This document shows, one piece after another, positions 38,050-50,000 of a stretch of 64,000 nt of DNA. Position numbers and translations under genes: made by a program. Source of the stretch: an uncultured virus (IMG/VR IMGVR_UViG_3300049846_000440) (taxonomy: Duplodnaviria > Heunggongvirae > Uroviricota > Caudoviricetes); the IMG/VR virus record IMGVR_UViG_3300049846_000440; one strand, 5' to 3'. The notes beneath the pieces are model-generated. The model saw nothing but the letters and a program-made list of their open reading frames with translations, was not told the origin of the DNA and made no database searches. How positions within the stretch are numbered: position 1 is the first letter of the stretch; every line of letters begins with the position of its first letter.

Positions 38050-38751
38050 ATGGAACCAGAAATCCCAGAAGTACAGGTTAAGGTAATTGAGCCGGAGAAG
38101 GAATTGCCTCCTCCTACGTTTGAGCCTACCCCAATGCAGGTTGGGGAAGCCCCCTCTGAAGAGGTCAGTACTCCCGCTATGGGGAAAGCGGAAATCCCAG
38201 AATCGACGGGGGTTTCTTTGCAGGCGGAGCAGGAGGTCGGGGACGTACTGGAGCAGTTTGAAAAGACGGTAGAAGGAATTCGTTCGACAAAGACGATAAA
38301 TCCGAACGTACCTCTGGAACCGTACCCGCTTGGGCAACAGATCTACGAGCAGCGGCAGCAGTTCTTTGAGGAAGTTGAACAGGACGACCCGTCTTTCCCT
38401 TTCAAATTATCGGGTGGTGGAGGTACCGTACGAATTGAATACGGGCTTGTGTACGGAAACTACAGGGACGGTTCTACTGCTCTCGCTCCGCAGTTAATGC
38501 AATACGGCACTCCTCCGTACACCATAAATGGCTACGAAGGGTACGTTTACATCGAACTCGAAGTGGATGAGTACTTCGCTATTTACCCTTACTCCGTTAG
38601 GATTGAAATAAGTTCTAGTCCCCCTGTGTCTAGCTACCCCTACTATCGCCATGTACTTGGGTATGTGGGTAACGGGTTTGTCAACAATGCTTGGCAAGGT
38701 AACGTCAGTTTCAGCGTCTGCGGCTATTTAGGGTTTTTCCAATTACCATGA
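38050..38751 (+). CDS. hypothetical virion protein
   Basis: Acidic Pro/Glu N-terminus, Tyr-rich C-terminus. Confidence 0.65.
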   Translation: MEPEIPEVQVKVIEPEKELPPPTFEPTPMQVGEAPSEEVSTPAMGKAEIPESTGVSLQAEQEVGDVLEQFEKTVEGIRSTKTINPNVPLEPYPLGQQIYEQRQQFFEEVEQDDPSFPFKLSGGGGTVRIEYGLVYGNYRDGSTALAPQLMQYGTPPYTINGYEGYVYIELEVDEYFAIYPYSVRIEISSSPPVSSYPYYRHVLGYVGNGFVNNAWQGNVSFSVCGYLGFFQLP

Positions 38752-39776
38752 GTAGCCCTATTTGTTACGGAAACAACCTACCGCTCGACGTAATAAAAAC
38801 GGAGCATCCGGTTTTTAGTATACGCGAAAATTATTCACATAACTTATCTGTTACTTATAATAGAAAACTAAGAAGAAAAACTCAGTTGTATCAATCATGG
38901 TGTATACCCCCTCCGGAGAACCGTACTCAACCAGAACCTACCGACAAGTTTGTAGATAAAACGTGCATCGGTTCCAACGAATGGAATCTATCCGCCAGTC
39001 GGGTTTCCTATCGTAGACCGCTCGTAGCCAATGATACGTTTGAACAACCTGCTGTTATATTAACTCCTTGTTGTTTTACTACTTGCAACAAAAGCGGTGG
39101 AGGCGCTTTTAATGGGGTTACATTTGAAGAGTTAGATGCCCCTACTACGTTTTCTGAATGTAATTTTAGCTCTAACCGTAACCCTTGCCAGAGCATAAAC
39201 GAAGCTACAAATAGCAGTTCAAAATGTGATCAGGATTACGTTAAATTTCCATTAGGGGATATACGTACTGATGCAGAAATGTGTGTGTTTTGCAATTTTT
39301 TTGATGGAGAAGCATCAATATACAATTCAGGGTCCAGCGGGTTTTGCGAGATGACTGATGTTAACGGCGTGTTTAGTAACTATCCAGAATTATATTTTGA
39401 AGGCAAGCCAAGTACTACGTACATTATATATCAGGTATCAAAACCAGAATTATATCAATACGACCCTTTTAATCCGTTATACCCTATTCCGCATCCAGCG
39501 CGGTACGCGCCCAATTACGACGACATACCCTACGACTATACTTTCTCTGCTCCGGGGGCTTTGTATACCACTATCGACGATTTTGGAACAGGGTGGGCGG
39601 TGTTTGCCCCAGCTACACCCCCAAGCATATTAGCGTATTCGGCTACTCGGTATCACGAAACAGAAAATCCAGATACTTTATTTACTAATGACGACGATTG
39701 CGCTGTAGGTATAAATGATTATATCTTAAACACAACTACGTACAGCGAAACTGCCCATGTTTCTATAACCTTTTAA
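38748..39776 (+). CDS. hypothetical Cys/Tyr-rich protein with atypical AT-rich codon usage
   Basis: 342-aa ORF, ATGA overlap, visibly lower GC than neighbours. Confidence 0.65.
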   Translation: MSSPICYGNNLPLDVIKTEHPVFSIRENYSHNLSVTYNRKLRRKTQLYQSWCIPPPENRTQPEPTDKFVDKTCIGSNEWNLSASRVSYRRPLVANDTFEQPAVILTPCCFTTCNKSGGGAFNGVTFEELDAPTTFSECNFSSNRNPCQSINEATNSSSKCDQDYVKFPLGDIRTDAEMCVFCNFFDGEASIYNSGSSGFCEMTDVNGVFSNYPELYFEGKPSTTYIIYQVSKPELYQYDPFNPLYPIPHPARYAPNYDDIPYDYTFSAPGALYTTIDDFGTGWAVFAPATPPSILAYSATRYHETENPDTLFTNDDDCAVGINDYILNTTTYSETAHVSITF

Positions 39777-39781
39777 CTCAT

Positions 39782-40705
39782 ATGATCCTAACCGTTTCCA
39801 CTGCTAAATCCGAACTGCTCGATGTCGTTACCACTGGAAACGAGATGGAGCAGAATTTCCTTCCACTACTCAACCAAGTACAGGAGCGATACTTCAGTCT
39901 CGGGCGATGGCCGGGAACGCAGGTCGCCATCGACTACTCAGCCAACAACGGGTACATCACCCTGCCTCGTATTGCCGGGGCTTTGCTGGGTGGGCGTATC
40001 GCAGGAACCCCGTCCCACGTGTTCGGACGTGTCCATGAGTTCTCGGTCAATGGTCCTGCGGAAGGGAACGCCACGTACACTATCAAGATGTTCATGGACA
40101 TGGGCGACAACTTCTGCACCATGATCGACCTGCCGAATCCGTCGAAGCTCAAGTTGTTGTCTTCGGAGGACGAACACAGCAACGCCGGGATCAAGGTCGG
40201 TTCCTCCGATTCTGAAGGGCCGATCTTCAGTCGCCCTACCACTCAGAAGATCCTCGTTGGGGAGACCACGACTACCGTGTTTTCCTCAGTAACACGTATT
40301 GTAAAACCGCTCACCAGAGGTTATCTTTCCCTGTATGCCGTTGACCCTGACACCAATGCTGAAACATTGCTGTCTGTCTACGAGCCGGGGGAGTTGAACC
40401 CCAGCTACCGGAGATACCGTGTACTGGGGGTGGAACCAGACAAATCCATTACCGTCCTGTGCAAACGTCAATATGTACCGTGCCTTGCCGATACCGATCT
40501 GGTGTACCCGCCAGTGATCGGAGCGTTGAAACACGGACTGATCGCACTGAACTACGAGAACAACGGGGATGTGGAAAGGGCGAATGCAAGCTGGGCGAGC
40601 GGATTGCAGATCCTGCAAGGAGCTTTGCGGGAAGAGCGGGGCGGGGCTTTGATCACAGCACAGAAGATGCGTCTGGGTGTAGGTCGTTTAAGGGGGACGA
40701 TGTAA
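39782..40705 (+). CDS. putative head-tail adaptor / tail tubular protein
   Basis: Helical N- and C-termini around a beta core; precedes the internal-protein genes. Confidence 0.5.
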   Translation: MILTVSTAKSELLDVVTTGNEMEQNFLPLLNQVQERYFSLGRWPGTQVAIDYSANNGYITLPRIAGALLGGRIAGTPSHVFGRVHEFSVNGPAEGNATYTIKMFMDMGDNFCTMIDLPNPSKLKLLSSEDEHSNAGIKVGSSDSEGPIFSRPTTQKILVGETTTTVFSSVTRIVKPLTRGYLSLYAVDPDTNAETLLSVYEPGELNPSYRRYRVLGVEPDKSITVLCKRQYVPCLADTDLVYPPVIGALKHGLIALNYENNGDVERANASWASGLQILQGALREERGGALITAQKMRLGVGRLRGTM

Positions 40706-40712
40706 CCTGATT

Positions 40713-41351
40713 ATGGCCGACGAAACATTAGACGATCTTGGGTATTCAGATCTTATTCCTAGCAAAAAGGATTTGCGGGATATGCTCTTTGAGCAAGTAG
40801 TCCCTTCGCTGGCAGATAGAGGGATTGGACAATTGTCACAGGCGGTAACGCAGACGGCATTGAAAATGGGTAAAAAAATGGACCCGCGTTTACGCGCTTT
40901 GGCAGACCTTTATCAAATTGGAGAATTCGGTAAACAGGTATACGATACCAATCAATCCGTAAATGAAGCGGATCAGAGTCTTATGGATCTGAATACTACG
41001 GAACAGAAAGTCGGAATTGATCGAGCTTCTAAGTTACGTAAGAAAGCGCAGGAACAAATGATCTCGCCAAGGGAATACGCAAAGCAAAATCCCCAAGCGG
41101 CATCGTATCCACTCAATACTCAAACGGCGTTTCAGCCTGCGTTGCGTGGGCCTTTGCCGCAACTTCGTAATCCGTTGGACCCAAAATTTCAAGAGCAAGA
41201 CCTCAATCGGCAGATCCTAGGATCGATGCAAGAGGCTAATAACGCACTTGCTCAAGACACGTACCTTCCTCCTGAACGTCAGGCTGAGTTTGATTCAGCC
41301 ATTCAGGGTTACAGGATACCAGATATTCAACTTCCTAATTTCAACCAGTAA
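40713..41351 (+). CDS. putative internal virion protein
   Basis: Gln-rich helical protein in the pre-giant-gene cluster. Confidence 0.55.
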   Translation: MADETLDDLGYSDLIPSKKDLRDMLFEQVVPSLADRGIGQLSQAVTQTALKMGKKMDPRLRALADLYQIGEFGKQVYDTNQSVNEADQSLMDLNTTEQKVGIDRASKLRKKAQEQMISPREYAKQNPQAASYPLNTQTAFQPALRGPLPQLRNPLDPKFQEQDLNRQILGSMQEANNALAQDTYLPPERQAEFDSAIQGYRIPDIQLPNFNQ

Positions 41352-41357
41352 CTTCCT

Positions 41358-42896
41358 ATGGCTAAAGGCGCACCTGAAAACCTTGAATCCAAACGTGTGG
41401 CTCTGCGGGAAACGCAGGCTGAACGTATCGAAAAACTGCTTTTAGCGCAGGACAAGAATCTTCGCAAACGGGAAGCCAAACGGATTGTGCAGAACCTGAG
41501 TGCGGGGAAAAAGGCGGAGCTTGAAGCGGAAGCTAAGGCCGCTCGTAAACTAGCCTCCAAAGAAATGGTTCAGCGGTTGAACGCGGGAGAAGCTGGGGCT
41601 ATCCGAAAGCAGACCGCTCAAGAAATAGTTCAGCGGTTGAAAGCTGGAGAACCCGCAGCACTTGAAGCGGAAGCTGCGGCGGCAGAAACTACGGCTCGTA
41701 AAACTGCTATGGAAGCAGGGAGGGGTACAAGTGAAGGAAAGTTGGTATCCCGCGCACAGGGAGTAAAAGCTGCCGAAGTTTATAATCGTGGCGAAACGGT
41801 TGCGCAGCAAGCATTCCGGCCTACTTCAGCTTCCGCAGTCGAAGGGGCAGGTCGAGAGGTGGGGGAAAAAGCTGCCGAAAAGTATCTGGCAAAAAAAGGT
41901 TTGACTGAAACTGTAAAGGCTGCGGCACAGCAAGCGGCAGGCGGTGCTACCCGAGGAGCCGCTTTGAAAGCTGGAGCGGCTACCGCCGCTAAATGGGCGG
42001 GTAAGCGTTTGCTAGGACCCGCCGCTGCACTTGCAGATTTGGCAGCGATTGGTTTGTCCGGTCGTGAGTTTCTTAGGATGCAAGAATCCGAGAAAGAAGC
42101 CGCGCAATCGCAAAGAGCGTTAGAGGACTATGAAGATAAATGGAAGTATCAGCTCGAAGCAGCAGATAAAGCCCGCTCGGCTAGGCTGAAAGAACAAGCA
42201 CGAAAACAAGCGCAAGACTCCACACCTGCATCTTATAGTGCCCAGATGGGTTCTGAATATGAAGCGGAAGTACAAGGACCGCCAGCAGCACAGGCCACGG
42301 GTATCCCATCGGAACCTACAGCAATGGAGGATACTTCATCTGTTGGGGAAGAAGCGGGCGTAGACTATATGGGAAATCCCTCTGCGGCAAATCCAGTTCC
42401 AGCTCCTGCTGCTACGACTCCGGTTCCAACGTATCCGAATACCGCTGCCAACAGGTACCTAGATCGGATCGAAAAACTGAGGGCTAACCGTGCGGCGGCT
42501 ATCAAGGCCAATCCCAAATTGGCTTCGATCCCGTCTGTCATTGACAACACATCAGTTGTTGCACCGGAGCGTCCTGTGCAAACCTCGCCTTGGTTTCAGG
42601 CGAAACTAGATTCGTTTAAGCCGATGACGGCTACTCTCGGTGATGGTACTTCTGCTGGGGATGCTGAGAGTAACCTAGCCGACGAAATGCGTCGGCAGAG
42701 CATCGCCAATAGACGTGCGTTTATAGCGCAGACTGGTTCTTCAAGAGGCGCACCGAAAATACTTACGGGAACGCAATCCAAAGCAATGGCGGCGGCGCAA
42801 TCTCGTAAATTCGATGCCGCAAAGATGAATGCGGAAGAGTTGGCGCAGAGTTTAGCAGAGCTACAGGCTGAGTATAATAAACGGAACCAATCCTAA
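41358..42896 (+). CDS. putative internal virion (ejection) protein, Ala-rich
   Basis: 512 aa, Ala/Lys/Glu helical, short repeat EMVQRLNAGE/EIVQRLKAGE. Confidence 0.6.
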   Translation: MAKGAPENLESKRVALRETQAERIEKLLLAQDKNLRKREAKRIVQNLSAGKKAELEAEAKAARKLASKEMVQRLNAGEAGAIRKQTAQEIVQRLKAGEPAALEAEAAAAETTARKTAMEAGRGTSEGKLVSRAQGVKAAEVYNRGETVAQQAFRPTSASAVEGAGREVGEKAAEKYLAKKGLTETVKAAAQQAAGGATRGAALKAGAATAAKWAGKRLLGPAAALADLAAIGLSGREFLRMQESEKEAAQSQRALEDYEDKWKYQLEAADKARSARLKEQARKQAQDSTPASYSAQMGSEYEAEVQGPPAAQATGIPSEPTAMEDTSSVGEEAGVDYMGNPSAANPVPAPAATTPVPTYPNTAANRYLDRIEKLRANRAAAIKANPKLASIPSVIDNTSVVAPERPVQTSPWFQAKLDSFKPMTATLGDGTSAGDAESNLADEMRRQSIANRRAFIAQTGSSRGAPKILTGTQSKAMAAAQSRKFDAAKMNAEELAQSLAELQAEYNKRNQS

Positions 42897-42897
42897 T

Positions 42898-44076
42898 ATG
42901 GCAGGACTAGAAGACATTCTTGGAGATTTGGCGGACGAGCCGAAGTCTGGGTTTCAATTCCCATCTTCGACTCGCGGGGTGTCCTCTTATGGGCAGCAGC
43001 AGATAAACCGTTGGACTGGTCTGCTCCGAAGCCAAAGCGGATTGGATGATGCGTTGAGCGAACTTCAAATGGCGCAAACGCAGTTTGAGTTTCAGTCTAA
43101 AAAGCGGCAACTGGAAGTCTCGCTTCGGGAGCAGCGGGACAAGAACCGCATCGCTGATGACAGTATCAAGGGTATGCAGTTACTGGATACCCTGAATCCC
43201 GAAAGCCCTGATTACTTCTCTAAGAAAGCGGAGGTACTCAAGACTATCCCGTACGCCAACTACGATCCCGCGTTCCGTAACGTGATGTCTATGTACGATG
43301 ACCGCAATCGGCGGTACTCGGAGGTGGAACGTGAGCGGGAGAAGGAGGATAGCCGACTCAAACAGGCCGAAGACAAGATTCGCCACAGGGAAACGTACAC
43401 GATGTACAAGGGTTTGTTGGATTCGATGACCGGACCTGAAGTGTACGAGTTCGGGGATGAGGTGATCAACCTGAAGCCTGATTCTCCGATGGAGGATCTG
43501 ATTGGTGCGGTAAACGCCATCAAGAAATCTCGGGCTACCACTGAACTGGATCGAGATTTGAAGAGCTTTGGGTTTACCCCGTCAGAATTCGGTGGTGATC
43601 TTTCTGCCAAGGCCCGCGCAGTATCTGCATTCCGTAAAGACCGGGATGACCTGAGTAAGCAATTGGAGCAAGCCACTAAAGTTTACACGGTACTGAGTAA
43701 AGACGCAGAGGCACTTACAAACCCAGAGGCTACCAACGCAAGAGATGAACAAGGTCGATACATCAAAGAGCTTAATGCTAAATTGCAGAGGTTGACCCAG
43801 CCGAAAGACAAGGATGGTAACCTTTTGCAGAAACAGGAAACTCGGGATCTTAGGGCGCAGGCGTTTGGTATAGCCCAACAAATTGCAGGGGCGAAAGCGG
43901 GAACCAAAATTAAAATTGGAGACCGTGAAGTAGAAGTCAACCCAGCGATGATACAGAAAGCCAAGAAAGACTTGGAAGCAGTCGAAAAACAAAAGAAGGA
44001 ATCGACAAGACCATTGGGTTCTAGCCAACCTGTATCACCTACTGGAACCCCGACTCTAATTGCTACGGGCTTCTAA
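42898..44076 (+). CDS. putative internal virion protein, coiled coil
   Basis: 392 aa helical; precedes the giant gene. Confidence 0.6.
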   Translation: MAGLEDILGDLADEPKSGFQFPSSTRGVSSYGQQQINRWTGLLRSQSGLDDALSELQMAQTQFEFQSKKRQLEVSLREQRDKNRIADDSIKGMQLLDTLNPESPDYFSKKAEVLKTIPYANYDPAFRNVMSMYDDRNRRYSEVEREREKEDSRLKQAEDKIRHRETYTMYKGLLDSMTGPEVYEFGDEVINLKPDSPMEDLIGAVNAIKKSRATTELDRDLKSFGFTPSEFGGDLSAKARAVSAFRKDRDDLSKQLEQATKVYTVLSKDAEALTNPEATNARDEQGRYIKELNAKLQRLTQPKDKDGNLLQKQETRDLRAQAFGIAQQIAGAKAGTKIKIGDREVEVNPAMIQKAKKDLEAVEKQKKESTRPLGSSQPVSPTGTPTLIATGF

Positions 44077-44088
44077 CTTTTACACACT

Positions 44089-47000
44089 GTGGAAAACGAA
44101 ATTGCTTCGATTAGTCTTACCTCCGACTTCAGTACTGAAGATACCTACAATCAGTACCTCGACCAGTTGATCAACGCGAAAGCGGTTGACATCAAGAAAG
44201 CGGACGAGAACGTCCAAGAGAACGTGGGGGTGGTTGGGAACGTAATGTCCGCTATCGCTCGTGGTGCGGTCAGAAATGTTTCGGATCTTCCAAAGTACGC
44301 AGGGCTTTTGACTGGATCGGAGACGCTTCAGAACATTGGGGTAGGGATCGACGAAGCGGTCAATGCCGTGGCTCCGTTGGATGCCAAGTACAAGGACTCG
44401 TTCTGGGCGACCACCATTCCTGAAGGTCTTGGTCAAGTGCTTGGCATGGCGGCGATAAGCCTTCCGGGTGCCTTGGCTCGCGGTGCGGGTAAGGCTGGGT
44501 TGGTGGGGGCGGCTACAATTGGCGCAAAAGTAGGGCAAAAAGCGGCGGCAGCCGCAGAAGCGGCGGAAGGGGCGGCTTCACTTGCGGATAAAACTCGGTT
44601 GTTAACTCAAGCCGCGTTGCAGTCTGACAAGGCTAAGAAGCTCAAAGACTTCTTCACCAGCGGTTCGACATATTTGATGGGCGGTTCGGAAGGGTACGAT
44701 GCCTACGTTCGTTCCATTGAACAGGGGGATTCTGCGCTTACGGCAGCGGCAAAATCGCTTGGGTATGCGACTATTGCTTCCGCAATTGAGGCGAAGATGA
44801 TGGATCGAGTTCTCGGTCGAGTGACTGGGATGTTCGGAAAAGAAGCCGCTGGCGAGATGGTGAGCGAAACGGGGAACGCCGTACTGAAAGCGGGATGGAA
44901 AGACTTCCTCAAAAAGGACATCGGCAGCGAAATCTGGGCGGGGTTCAAGGAAGAAGCGCAGCAGGCGTTGGCTCAAGACATCATCGTTTCTGGGAAGATC
45001 GATCCTACCTCGTTGCTACAAGAAGGTGCTGCGGGTGGTGTGATTCAGGGTATCGTTGGCGGGATCACAGGGATCAAGACTCCGTTCCGTAAAGTCGTTG
45101 ACAACCTAAATAACAACAACGCTCCTAACACGGCTGTCGAGGTGGCTAAGGATAATGCTAAAAATGTCGGTTTGGAAAGCGATGCTGCGCAAGATCGGGC
45201 AGATAAATTAGCCGCAAAAATAAATGCTGCTGCGGGGACCGCAGAAGAAAACGTAGAGGTATCTCAAACTCCACCTACAAAGACTCCCGAAGTAGGGGGA
45301 CAACCCGTAGCAGGCAGCACACCTACAGAGACCCTCAGTGGTACCCCAGCTCCCGCTCCTGAAGCTACGCCTACTCCTGAAGTAGAGGGAAGACCTGTAG
45401 CAGGTTTAGATCAACCTTTCTTCACCGATAATCGGATCATGGTGCTTTCTGAGGTAAATGGTGTGAAAATTCCATTTTACCTTAGTACTGGTACTGGACG
45501 TAAAACAAATGTACCCGCAGGTAAATGGTATCCTTTTTTTGGAGTAGGAGAAGACGGGTGGCTTAACAAAGGCAGTGAAGAAGACGTAAACAATTTTTAC
45601 GGTAGTGCGGAACTCAAAGCTAAAGCGGAAGAATTAAACGCTAAGATTGGCGACATTCGGGATAAAAAACCTCTGGAAGATGGGGGTGTCCCAGTTGGTT
45701 GGGATGGAAAATCTCCTATAGCCGATTGGCTAAAACCGCTGAGTGTAATAACCCCCAACATCAACGAGGGGTTCTCCCCAGTTTCTCGTCAGGCTAATTC
45801 GCCTGAAGCCAAACAGCAGTTTCAAGCGAACATAGCAAACACGGTTGCACGTATAAAACGCGCATCTGCTTCTGCATCAACGCCTACTCCGACCGTTACT
45901 ACAGCGGCTCCTGTTACGCCATCGACTGCTGCCGAGACTCAGGTATCTGAAGAAGCCGTTGCGCCTGCTGTTGTTTCTGAAGGCGCACCTACGCCTGCGG
46001 CGGCAACCAAGGCTCCGAGTACGCCGAAGAAACGTGCGGCTGCGGTGCCGCCTGCTCCGACTGTCGCAAAGGCAGAAGCACCTGCCGTTGTTGAAGGAGC
46101 TACGCCAACTGTGGAGTCTTTGCGTACCCAGCTTGATTCGGTACGGCAGCGGGCATCGGACGCCGAGATGATTGGCGACACAGAAGAAAGTGAAAAGCTC
46201 CGTGAGCAAGAACGGAATATCGCCAACCAGTTGGACGTAGCGGAGAAGCAAACGAATGGCAAAGGCATCACTCCAGAAGGGGAAGCCTTTCTGAATGACG
46301 TTCTAAAGACTTACAAAACCTACGATCTTACTGATGCGGAAGCCGCTCCTGAAGTCTGGGAAGAATCCGCAGAGTTCTGGGTTCCTGTTGCCAATGCGAA
46401 CGGGATCGAAGCGGACGTTACTACCCCCATCCGAGACGTAATCAAAGCTCTCCTCGCCAAACGCGAAGGAGCTGCGGCTCCCGCCCCTGCCACCAAAGCA
46501 CAGGAATCTGCGGTCAAGAAAGTCGAAGAAAAAGAATCGGCCAAACAAAAGAAGGACGCGGAGAAGGAAGCAGCGAAACAACAGAAGGCAGCCGAAAAGG
46601 AAGCCGCTAAACAGAAGAAGGAAGAAGAACGGCAGCAGAAGGCAGCCGAGCGGGAAGCAGCAAAGCAACAGAAGGCAGCCGCGAAGCAACAACGGGATCT
46701 TGAGAAAGCGGCCAAGGCAGCGGAGAGGGAAGCCGTACGCAGACAGAAGGCAGCCGACAAAGCGTCCAAGGCCGAAGACAACGGTATCGCCGTAACCGTC
46801 AACGATCCGGTTCCTCCTTCTGGCAAACCTGAGAACCTCGCCGCATATGAGGGGTTTATCCTTCGTCTTATCGAAGGCAGTAAAGACGAGGCTCAGTACG
46901 ACTCCAACAGCTTCAGTGCCTTGACCCCATCTGAGCAGGCTCTGAAGTTTGAAGGCGTTGTAAACAAGGCCAAGGTGAGCGGGATTATCCCAAGTATCAC

Positions 47001-50000
47001 GGAACTGGCCGCTACACTAAAAGCCAATAAGGTTGTAATCAAAAAGATATACGCAGACCTAAAGGCTGAGTACGAGCGGCAGTATCCGCCTGCTCCGATT
47101 CCTGAAGGACAGAAGGTTACACAAAAGCAGTTCCAGAACAATGGGTTTACCCGAATCAAAATGATCGGGGAAGAACCGTACTTCGACAACACGGTCACCT
47201 CTGCGGCGAAAGCGATTGACCTCGGGTTGGAACTGACGGTCCCGCTCGGGGTTACTCCTCATCCGAACATCATAATCGACAAGGACCGTAACGTAGTCCG
47301 GGTGTTTCATCCAACGTACGGATCGATTCGGCAACCGGGGGATTATGCGAAGGCGAGGGCAAATGATCCGGCGGTAATCCGCGAAACCCTCAGACGAGAA
47401 GACGCTCGTTTGGAAGCCACGCACGAAGCCTATTTCAAGGACACCGTCAAAAACGAAATCGTACCAAGGTTTGCCGAACTGTCCGACGAGGCGAAGATCG
47501 TTATTTACTCCAGCATAAAACAGGCGGACGGAAAAGTATTGGCTAACCGTAAAGCCAAACTGGAAAAACAAATTGCGAAGCTGACTACGCAATTGGAATC
47601 CCCGTTTTCTGCGTTGGAAGCGGACGCCCTCAACGAACAGTTGAACGCAGCAAAGGCTCAACTCAGCTCGCTGGAGGATCTTATTCAACGGGATATCTTC
47701 AACGCCCCAGAGTTGTTGAACTACGTCGATCCAGACACTCTGTACGATACCCTGACGAATCCCGCGTTGCAGAAGAAACAACTCCCAGCCGAGGACATCG
47801 CCAAGATTCGGGACATCGCAAAGGTTTTCGCGGAGCGCACAGAGTTGATCGAAGAAGGATTGTTCCCCACGATCAACTCCAACCTCAACTCCAAGGTGCA
47901 GCAGTTCTTGCAAGAGCAGTTCCGCAAGGAAGGCAAGAGCAACACCGTTGGTATCGTGGTCAGCATCGGGGATCTCACTGATCCAAACCATGTTCTTCTA
48001 AGTCGCACCATCGAATCCTTTTTCGGAAGTCCGGGAGCGTATAAAGTTCCGGCACCTGAAGGGGATATCCTTGTCAACGTGCGGGATTTGGAAACGGCAC
48101 GGAACAGGTGGCTCGACTATTTGACTTCTGTTTCCAACGAGCTTCTTCAAAAGCGGCCTGAGATCCAGACATGGAACTCGTTTCTCAAATCTGCCGAAGG
48201 TAAACGCAACGCATTGGTAAAGCAGTTGTTTGAAAAAGCGCAGGTTGCGAAACAAGACCTGCTGATCGGTGCGGCCTACATGAACACCGATTTCCTTCTG
48301 ACGGTGTACCCAAATGTAAACCGGGATACCACATTGGACATCGTATCGGACAAACTCCGCAAATCCCTGCGCGAGTACCAACCTGCGTCCGCTTCCAGTG
48401 TGATGCGGTACGGGTCGTTCAAGATGGCGATGAAAGCCGTCACGGATATTCAACGGTCCAAACTAGGACGGATGCAAGAATCCGCTTTGTCCTTGGAGTC
48501 GTTGGAAGAAACGGGGGATGCGCTGTTGGTCGAAGGGATTCGGAATGGAAGCATAAAAGCGACCTCTACGACGAAGTCTTTAAGGGGCGCAATGGATGCG
48601 TTCATAGACGACACGCTCAAGACGACCAAGGTGTCCGTGCGTAAAGGTAAAGTAATACTGGATGCGAATAGCCCCATCGATCTTTGGGATGTGGTTAATG
48701 CTACATCCGTAAACATTCGGGAAGATGTAACCGTTTCCAAAGAAGAATACGGCATACTCAAACGGTTCGCCTTGAACGCGAAACGCACCGTTGAAAAAGA
48801 CCTCGCAACCCGCGCAGCGGCGGCACCTATTTTGCGCGAACAGAATGAGGCTTCCTTGTTCTTTGTTTTAGAGGAAGGGTACAAAGACACGCCTTCAATT
48901 GATCTTCCGAAAACCGAGTCGGGGGACGTTAAACCGTTTGAAAGTTTGACGTTCGCGGAATTGGCGAAGCTCAGTCTGAAGTATAAGTACTCCAAGACCA
49001 AGGTCACCAACGTGATCCGCAGAGCAGTGGATCGTTCGATCTTGGAAGCCAAGGCAGCGGAACTCGGTGTTCGTGGGTTGCTCCAATACGGAACCCCGAT
49101 TGCAGGGATTCAGGCTTACTACGATCCGTCTTCGGACGCCATCGTACTGAACACCGAGAACATTGACGGGACACAGATGGCGATCCGCAAGCTCTACCAT
49201 GAGTTGACGGAGCGGAACTTGGTTTACCTCAACGCTACAAAAGCAGGTAAGGCAGAACTCCAGACGATCTTCAACGGGGCGAAGAACGAACTGATGGCGT
49301 CGATCCCTGTAGTCCTGAAAGAATCAGGGTATGCAAACGTGCAGGAACTGATGGACGACTATGGGTTCGCCACGGAGGAAGAACTCCTTGGTGAGCTTAC
49401 TGCTCGGTACGCGGAACGTATCGCTGACAAGCCGAAGCCTTCTTGGTGGCAGACGCTGATGGCGAAGCTGCGGCTGTGGATGTCCAAACACTTCGGCTCC
49501 CACATCTCTGGGGAAACCTTGGAACACTGGCTTGCCGGAAACATCAAACGGTTCGCCGCTTCCAGCCCTAGCGCGGAGGTTCGTGAAGGAACCCTCTCCG
49601 AAAAACTCCAGCGTATTGACGAACGGTTTAAGCAAGTGGTCGATGCAGGCAATCAGGATATGCAGCGGATCATGGTGGACGCAGCGGCCAATACCGCTGG
49701 TCTGGTTGGTCCCCTCTGGCATTCTGGTACCTACGATCCTGCTTCTGGTGAAGCTCTCACCAAACCTTTGCACCTCGGCACCAGACAGGCTGCGGCAGAA
49801 CGCAGCGTGGGCAAACCCGCCGACGACGAGATCGCTTTGGTGCAGGCGTACCAGACGGAAGACAACGAGTGGCACTGGGACGATGGCCGGGGGACTACGT
49901 CCGAAAGCCTCGACGAAGGCGGATATGCAACGGAAGAGGAAGCCCTAGCCAGCGGAAGGAACTTCGTCTACAACGATCTTAATTTTGACGAACTGTACAA

